Shown in pieces: positions 50,845 through 55,948 of a stretch of DNA of 55,948 bases. Location: IMG/VR virus record IMGVR_UViG_3300037473_000309. One strand, written 5' to 3'. This DNA comes from a virus. Within the stretch, counting starts at the first letter, position 1; each line of letters begins with the position of its first letter. Below the pieces are notes generated by a model, which saw only the letters and a program-made list of their open reading frames with translations, was not told the origin of the DNA and ran no database searches. The position numbers and the translations under genes are program-made.

Positions 50845-51259
50845 AAGAATGTCAAGAACTGCAGAATGCAGAGCTAATGAAATGTTAAAACAATATAACA
50901 TGGAATACGTAAGTCCTTTAGCTTTACCACACGGTGTGGCAAGAGATGGTTATATGTATTGTTGGGCTAATAAGGATTTTCCTCATCAAGTAGAAGGTTT
51001 AATGAGACAAGGCTGGGAAATAGTACCATCTGATAGATCTCCTGCTTTTTCTATTGATCCATTTAAGAAGTATGAGAATATGAATTCTTATATTTGGTAC
51101 ATGGATGCTATTTTGATGGAAATACCGGAAATATTAGGTAATAGAATAAGAGCTTACAATCAATCATTAGCAGATAATGCAATGGCTAAAATACAAGGGC
51201 ATGTATCTAATGACAGTACTTTCTATGGTGGTGTAATGAGAGGGATACATAGTTTTTAA
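50819..51259 (+). CDS. Head-module protein of unknown function
   Basis: 146-aa ORF; an alternative ATG is at 50834. Confidence 0.45.
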   Translation: MGITNMENRRMSRTAECRANEMLKQYNMEYVSPLALPHGVARDGYMYCWANKDFPHQVEGLMRQGWEIVPSDRSPAFSIDPFKKYENMNSYIWYMDAILMEIPEILGNRIRAYNQSLADNAMAKIQGHVSNDSTFYGGVMRGIHSF

Positions 51260-51261
51260 TT

Positions 51262-52362
51262 ATGGCACAATTTACTGTTCAAGAATTAGTTTTAGTAGAA
51301 AATTTAACATTAACATGGCCTTCTGGATTTAATGGTGGTCCTGTTGTAAATGATATTAATGATGTTCAAGTAGAAGCAGCTAATTTAACAATTAGTTTAC
51401 CTAATGCAACATTAGTATCACCAGGGCAAACAATTAGATTTAATAATCTCACCAATATTGGTGAATCTTTTACATTAATGTGTAATGACGGTATCACTGG
51501 TATAATTGAAGTTCCAGAAGGACAATGTTATGAATTATATTTATATGATAATTCTACAGTAAACGGTAAATGGAGAGTAGTACAACCTTTAGGGGGATTT
51601 AATGGTATTGTAGGAATAACTGCTTTAAGTCCTGATAATTCTGTTATCATAACAGGCAGCCCTGCAAGCCCTCCTATTGCTTCACTTACTTTTCAATTAC
51701 CTACATCTTTATCTAAATTAAATGCTGTAAATTCTACTGATTTCTTGGTTGTAACTCAAACAACACCATCACTTGACTTTAAAACAGTCGAACTATTAGG
51801 TGGTGAAAACATAACCATTACAGGGGGAAATGGATTAGGTAATGATCCTGTTATTGATTTAAATACTACTGTGACAGGTCTTAATTCAATAACAGTAGGT
51901 GATATGACTCTATCTGGAGGAGTTATAACAAATAATACTGATAATGGTAATATACAAATATCTACTAATGGTACTGGATCGGTACAAATTAACGGTGTTA
52001 CTATTAATAGTTCAGGTGCAATTTCAGGTCTTACTAATTTTCTAGGGATAGCAGCTGCATTTACTTTTACTGATACTTTAGTAGGAATGAGTAATCAGAT
52101 AGTAGTACAACAACAATCTAATATATCTTCAGTAACAGGCTCAAAAGGTACGTACGTAGGAAACTTTGTTACACCTATGCCTAATCTCAATTACGGAGTA
52201 ACTATAACTCTTGGAAGTACTGGTGGGAGTTTACCATTTATATCTAATGGATATTATATCGTTAAAGAACTAACATCTGTAACTATCATTGTTACAGATG
52301 CAAGTGGTGAATTAGTACTTTCTGCCCCTAATGGAGTAACAGTTTTAATTACATCTGTATAA
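51262..52362 (+). CDS. Virion surface/fibre-like protein (Thr/Asn/Gly/Val-rich beta-type sequence)
   Basis: 366 aa. Its composition and segments (GDMTLSGGVITNNTDNGNIQISTNGTGSVQINGVTINSSGAISG) resemble the fibre proteins at 3103 and 7288. Confidence 0.5.
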   Translation: MAQFTVQELVLVENLTLTWPSGFNGGPVVNDINDVQVEAANLTISLPNATLVSPGQTIRFNNLTNIGESFTLMCNDGITGIIEVPEGQCYELYLYDNSTVNGKWRVVQPLGGFNGIVGITALSPDNSVIITGSPASPPIASLTFQLPTSLSKLNAVNSTDFLVVTQTTPSLDFKTVELLGGENITITGGNGLGNDPVIDLNTTVTGLNSITVGDMTLSGGVITNNTDNGNIQISTNGTGSVQINGVTINSSGAISGLTNFLGIAAAFTFTDTLVGMSNQIVVQQQSNISSVTGSKGTYVGNFVTPMPNLNYGVTITLGSTGGSLPFISNGYYIVKELTSVTIIVTDASGELVLSAPNGVTVLITSV

Positions 52363-52386
52363 TTCGTTAATAACATATTTAAATGT

Positions 52387-52415
52387 TTGACTTTGTTAAC
52401 TAATAGGAATACAAT
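52387..52415 (+). promoter_or_regulatory. Sigma70-like promoter (TTGACT-17-TACAAT) ahead of the capsid gene cluster
   Basis: Direct reading in the 272-nt gap after 52362. Confidence 0.5.
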
Positions 52416-52427
52416 ATATTTATTATT

Positions 52428-52484
52428 GTCATAACAAGACGTTAAAAAGTTTTGCGGTTTCTGAAGTCTTATCCATAAAAGATC
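52428..52484 (+). repeat. 57-bp direct repeat, copy A
   Basis: gtcataacaagacgttaaaaagttttgcggtttctgaagtcttatccataaaagatc. 55/57 identical to copy B. Confidence 0.9.
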
Positions 52485-52536
52485 AAAACTATTCAATCTA
52501 ATAGGCCTATAAGCCTTCTCCCTTGTAGGCCTGCCA

Positions 52537-52593
52537 GTCATAACAAGACATTAAAAAGTTCTGCGGTTTCTGAAGTCTTATCCATAAAAGATC
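52537..52593 (+). repeat. 57-bp direct repeat, copy B
   Basis: gtcataacaagacattaaaaagttctgcggtttctgaagtcttatccataaaagatc. It is separated from copy A by a GC-rich hairpin, AGGCCTA...TAGGCCT (52503-52532). Confidence 0.9.
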
Positions 52594-52634
52594 TAAAAAT
52601 AAATTAATTCAAATTTTATTATTAAGAGGTTTTT

Positions 52635-53531
52635 ATGGCTTACGGCACAAATGCGCCTTTTGGTCTACGTCCTATGAATTCACTTGCGGGTGGTAGCTGG
52701 ACTGAAAAGGTTAACGAATACAAAATTTATGCTAGTGCAGATGGTACTAGTACATATGCAGTTTCGCTTTTTACAGGTGATCCGGTTCAATGGGGTACTT
52801 CTGTTGTTAATACACCAACAACAACAGGATTAGTAGGAACTATTGCACTATATGCTCCTACTTTTGCGGATGCAACTCCTTCTACTTTTTCTACTGTTCC
52901 TATTCTAGGTATTTTTATGGGATGTAGATATCAAGCAGCTAATAGTGTTTCTTCTACTCCTTATATTGCTTCACCTTATTGGCCAGCATCTGCACAGGTT
53001 AAACCTGGTACATCTATTATAGCTTACGTACTTGATGATCCGAATGTTATTTTTGATATTCAAGTTTCAAGTCATATTAATGCAGCAGCTAATGTTTTTG
53101 TTGGAAACCCAATTTTCCCTAACTCTAACGTAACTGGAGCAGCTTCACCTTTCCAATATGCGGGTACTTTTGGAAGAAATTTTGCTTTGAATGTAGGAGG
53201 AGGTACTAATTTTAATACTGTTCCTACACCAGCAGATCCAGGGGATGGTAGTATAACTTATGCAAATAATCCTACTGGTGGTAGCACATTATCAGGTCAA
53301 TCTGCATTTTATCTTGATGTAGATACATCAACTGTAGCTGGTTATAACAATCATGATTATGCAAAGAATGTAACAACTTTGCCTCTTAAAGCAATTGCAT
53401 ACACTCTTAAACCTGAAAATGTATCTGATCCAGCTTTAACAATGGCAACTACGCCGTTCCTAAACGTAACAGTAGTTATAAACAATCACGTATATGGAAA
53501 AGGATCTACTCCACCAGTTTATGTAGCTTAA
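52635..53531 (+). CDS. Abundant-looking capsid-associated structural protein (decoration/cement-like, or a capsid protein)
   Basis: 298 aa, with its own promoter and long leader, a good AAGAGG Shine-Dalgarno, and a following stem-loop. The N-terminus APFGLRPMNSLAGGSW...FTGDPV recalls a phage structural family; unverified. Confidence 0.5.
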   Translation: MAYGTNAPFGLRPMNSLAGGSWTEKVNEYKIYASADGTSTYAVSLFTGDPVQWGTSVVNTPTTTGLVGTIALYAPTFADATPSTFSTVPILGIFMGCRYQAANSVSSTPYIASPYWPASAQVKPGTSIIAYVLDDPNVIFDIQVSSHINAAANVFVGNPIFPNSNVTGAASPFQYAGTFGRNFALNVGGGTNFNTVPTPADPGDGSITYANNPTGGSTLSGQSAFYLDVDTSTVAGYNNHDYAKNVTTLPLKAIAYTLKPENVSDPALTMATTPFLNVTVVINNHVYGKGSTPPVYVA

Positions 53532-53538
53532 TTAACAA

Positions 53539-53576
53539 CCTTGTAAATTTGACATTCAGATGTTGGATTTACAAGG
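53539..53576 (+). promoter_or_regulatory. Perfect 10-bp stem-loop between the two capsid-cluster genes (attenuator or mRNA-stability element)
   Basis: CCTTGTAAAT (53539-53548), an 18-nt loop, then ATTTACAAGG (53567-53576). An A/T-rich tail follows, not a clean U-tract. Confidence 0.4.
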
Positions 53577-53605
53577 ATAAATAAAATATTTAGAGGAATA
53601 ATTAT

Positions 53606-54511
53606 ATGATAAATACCGGTGCAATTGCACAATTACTACGTCCTGGCTTAGATGCCGTGATAGCTAAAATGAAGATATATCCTGAAGAATGGACTGAAAT
53701 CTACAAAACTCATCCATCTTTTAAGAATCAGGAAATTGACGTTGAGATGAAACTTTTCGGAAATGGTGTTATTAAACCTGAAGGTCAACCTGGTTCTACA
53801 GACACTGCTGGTCAAAGGATTGTAACAAGTTACCTACATAAAGTTGTTAGTCTACAGTTTGCAATTACTAAAGAAGCTGTAGAAGATAACCTATATAAAG
53901 GTCAATTTACTGCAAATTCAAATGCATTAGCTGATTCTCTAAGAAGTACTAGAAATATTCTAGGTGCTAATCTGCTTAACAATGCATTTAATGCAAATTA
54001 TCCAACGGGAGATGGTCAACCTGTTTGTTCATTGAATAACCCAATAGACGGTGGAACATATGCTAATAAATTGGCAGTACCTGCTGCTTTTGGTGAAGCT
54101 TCAGTTGAGCAACTATTACTTCTATGCCAAAAAATGCCTCTACAAAGTGGTTTGTTGTCTCAAACAATGGCAAGGAAAATGATTGTACCTGCTAATTTAC
54201 AGTTCAAATCATCTATTCTTACAAATTCTGTATTTAGAACAGGTGTAGCAACAAATGATATCAACGCCATTTACCATGGGGATTATCTACCAGAAGGTTA
54301 TAAAATCAATCACTTCCTGACAAGCCCTAATGCTTTCTTCATTCTTACAGATGCTCCTGATGGATTTAAACATTTCCAAAGAACAGCTGTAGAAGGTGAT
54401 ACTTATGTAGATTTTATGACTAAAAACGTCATGTGTAGTCTATCTGAAAGATATTCTATGGGTATAAGTAACAAGCGTGCGGTAGTTGGTACTGAAGGTG
54501 CTGCAGCTTAA
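53606..54511 (+). CDS. Major capsid protein (HK97-fold type, putative)
   Basis: 301 aa. The pattern ...YPEEWTEIYKT..S.K..E.DVEM..FG.G.IKPEGQP...D...Q....SY.HK.V.LQFAITKEAVEDNLY resembles recalled HK97-like capsid N-arm/E-loop regions. It lies after the scaffold-like gene. Confidence 0.55.
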   Translation: MINTGAIAQLLRPGLDAVIAKMKIYPEEWTEIYKTHPSFKNQEIDVEMKLFGNGVIKPEGQPGSTDTAGQRIVTSYLHKVVSLQFAITKEAVEDNLYKGQFTANSNALADSLRSTRNILGANLLNNAFNANYPTGDGQPVCSLNNPIDGGTYANKLAVPAAFGEASVEQLLLLCQKMPLQSGLLSQTMARKMIVPANLQFKSSILTNSVFRTGVATNDINAIYHGDYLPEGYKINHFLTSPNAFFILTDAPDGFKHFQRTAVEGDTYVDFMTKNVMCSLSERYSMGISNKRAVVGTEGAAA

Positions 54512-54531
54512 CTTATAAAAAGAGGTAGATA

Positions 54532-55194
54532 ATGGCACAATACATTTTTCCTGATGCTAATACTCAGGATGTATGTTTAATACAGGATACAACAGGAAAT
54601 GTTAATTTGGTTCTCAACGGTAATTTGGCATCAGGTGGTCACGTTTCATTTATCGAAAATGGATATAGCAGACAATTGTCTTTCAGTTCTGCAAGTAATT
54701 TATCATCTGCTGTCTTTACTATATACGGTATTCAAAATGGTGTAGCCATTATCGAAACTATAAATGGTCCTAATGCTAATACTGTTTATTCGGTAAATAT
54801 ATATGATGTAGTTACCAATATAACATCTAGCATTGCCGTTACAGGCATAAGTATTGGAACAGGTCATAGCGGCTTTTTCCAATTACTTATGCCAACGATT
54901 AGTGGCATAAGTAATTTAAATTACAATTTCACATTAGGCAGTACATTTGGAACAAACGTTATAGGTACTACAGTGTATGGAACATTAGGTAATATAGTTA
55001 ATACAGGTAGCACTTTTAATGATATTATAACTAATAATGTAGGAACTTTGTATACGATTAAAGCTTCAGGAAATGAAACTTTTTATATGTATCCAGATAA
55101 TAGCACTTTAGTTACTTCCATATTAATTAAATTAACTGGTTCTACAAGCACTATTGGTAATAGTATGACCTTAACTTTTTTACAGCTTATATAA
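54532..55194 (+). CDS. Virion protein, tandem paralog A
   Basis: 220 aa. It aligns by eye with 55195..55866: LNG...ISF..QGF/Y.R..S..S..(N)LS.A.FTI.G.QN......TI.GPN.NTVY...I.D...(S)IT......G.S.GTG..GFF. Confidence 0.5.
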   Translation: MAQYIFPDANTQDVCLIQDTTGNVNLVLNGNLASGGHVSFIENGYSRQLSFSSASNLSSAVFTIYGIQNGVAIIETINGPNANTVYSVNIYDVVTNITSSIAVTGISIGTGHSGFFQLLMPTISGISNLNYNFTLGSTFGTNVIGTTVYGTLGNIVNTGSTFNDIITNNVGTLYTIKASGNETFYMYPDNSTLVTSILIKLTGSTSTIGNSMTLTFLQLI

Positions 55195-55866
55195 ATGGCA
55201 ACATACATAGAGAAATATTGGGCAGCTCAGGATTTAGCAGCTGTTTCAGCGTTACAGAATTTAGCTTCCCCAGGGGCATTACTATTAAACGGTACTTATT
55301 ACAATGCGGCAAGTAATACTATTAGTTTTAATGCACAAGGTTTTGCAAGAAATGTCAGTCTAACATCTGTTAATGATTTAAGCGCTGCATCTTTTACAAT
55401 ATCTGGGGTTCAAAATAATACTGTTGTTACAAATACTATTGCAGGACCTAATAATAACACGGTTTATACACCTGATATATTTGATATCATTTCATCCATT
55501 ACTGTAAATATGGCTGTAAATGGTGTTAGTGCAGGAACTGGATTAACAGGATTTTTCCCTCTTATTAACAGAATAACACCTAATACTTTTTCAATATCAG
55601 CACCTACTACAACTTATGCTTTAGGTTTTGTTACTGAAAGTTCAAATGGATGTACTTATGAAGTGTTTGAATCTCTAACTGATGTATCTGGTAATGGTGA
55701 AACTTATTCAGCATTAGTTACTGATTTTTCTTTTATATCTGTAGGTGGGCCTTATGTCAATTTAACCCAGATACTGCAAAAAAATGATGTATGTAGCAAT
55801 ATTTTAATAAAAGTTACGCCGTCTGTAGGAGCTGCTACTTTATTTATGCAATTCTTACAATTCTAA
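55195..55866 (+). CDS. Virion protein, tandem paralog B
   Basis: 223 aa, starting directly after the paralog A stop (TAAATG). It shares motifs with 54532..55194. Confidence 0.5.
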   Translation: MATYIEKYWAAQDLAAVSALQNLASPGALLLNGTYYNAASNTISFNAQGFARNVSLTSVNDLSAASFTISGVQNNTVVTNTIAGPNNNTVYTPDIFDIISSITVNMAVNGVSAGTGLTGFFPLINRITPNTFSISAPTTTYALGFVTESSNGCTYEVFESLTDVSGNGETYSALVTDFSFISVGGPYVNLTQILQKNDVCSNILIKVTPSVGAATLFMQFLQF

Positions 55867-55948
55867 GAGGAATAGATGGGATTAAATAGAAATAGTAAAG
55901 AACATTTACACAAAGTTCATCATGATACCTACGGTAAAAGTGGTAATT
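55822..55948. repeat. Second copy of the 127-bp terminal overlap (identical to 1..127)
   Basis: Direct reading. Confidence 0.95.

Overview
The window is a complete, very AT-rich (about 30% GC by eye) tailed dsDNA phage genome. Bases 1-127 are identical to 55822-55948, so the contig closes on itself and the unique length is 55,821 bp. It has four blocks. (i) 55-18482 (+) holds virion and tail genes: tail fibres, large internal or ejection-type proteins, an in-operon patatin phospholipase and an ankyrin gene. (ii) 18591-27839 (-) is a replication and early block: SNF2 helicase, VRR-NUC, family B DNA polymerase, tRNA-Tyr, DUF2815-type SSB, DUF2800 Cas4-like nuclease and an XRE regulator. A 2-kb ankyrin/VUT-transporter/ankyrin insert interrupts it. 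(iii) 27840-29025 is a regulatory hub with divergent sigma70-like promoters, paired operators, tandem terminators and a GC-rich iteron array around an AT-rich core. It is followed by a primase/VirE-type helicase and about 45 small accessory ORFs (29-42 kb). Those include three more HTH proteins, tRNA-His, an ankyrin protein and a GH72/GH17-like glycoside hydrolase. (iv) 42-55.9 kb (+) holds packaging and head genes: terL, a 2-kb inserted island with tRNA-Pro, portal, a GroES-like protein, scaffold-like protein, capsid proteins and tandem paralogs. I could not recognise an integrase, phage RNA polymerase, tail sheath/tube/tape measure, canonical endolysin or clear terS. The most notable signal is a dispersed set of eukaryote-interaction-type genes: four ankyrin proteins, a virion-operon patatin lipase, a fungal-type beta-glucan enzyme and a VUT transporter. 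This suggests a phage of an intracellular or eukaryote-associated bacterium. All family assignments come from motif reading and recalled family patterns, not database searches.
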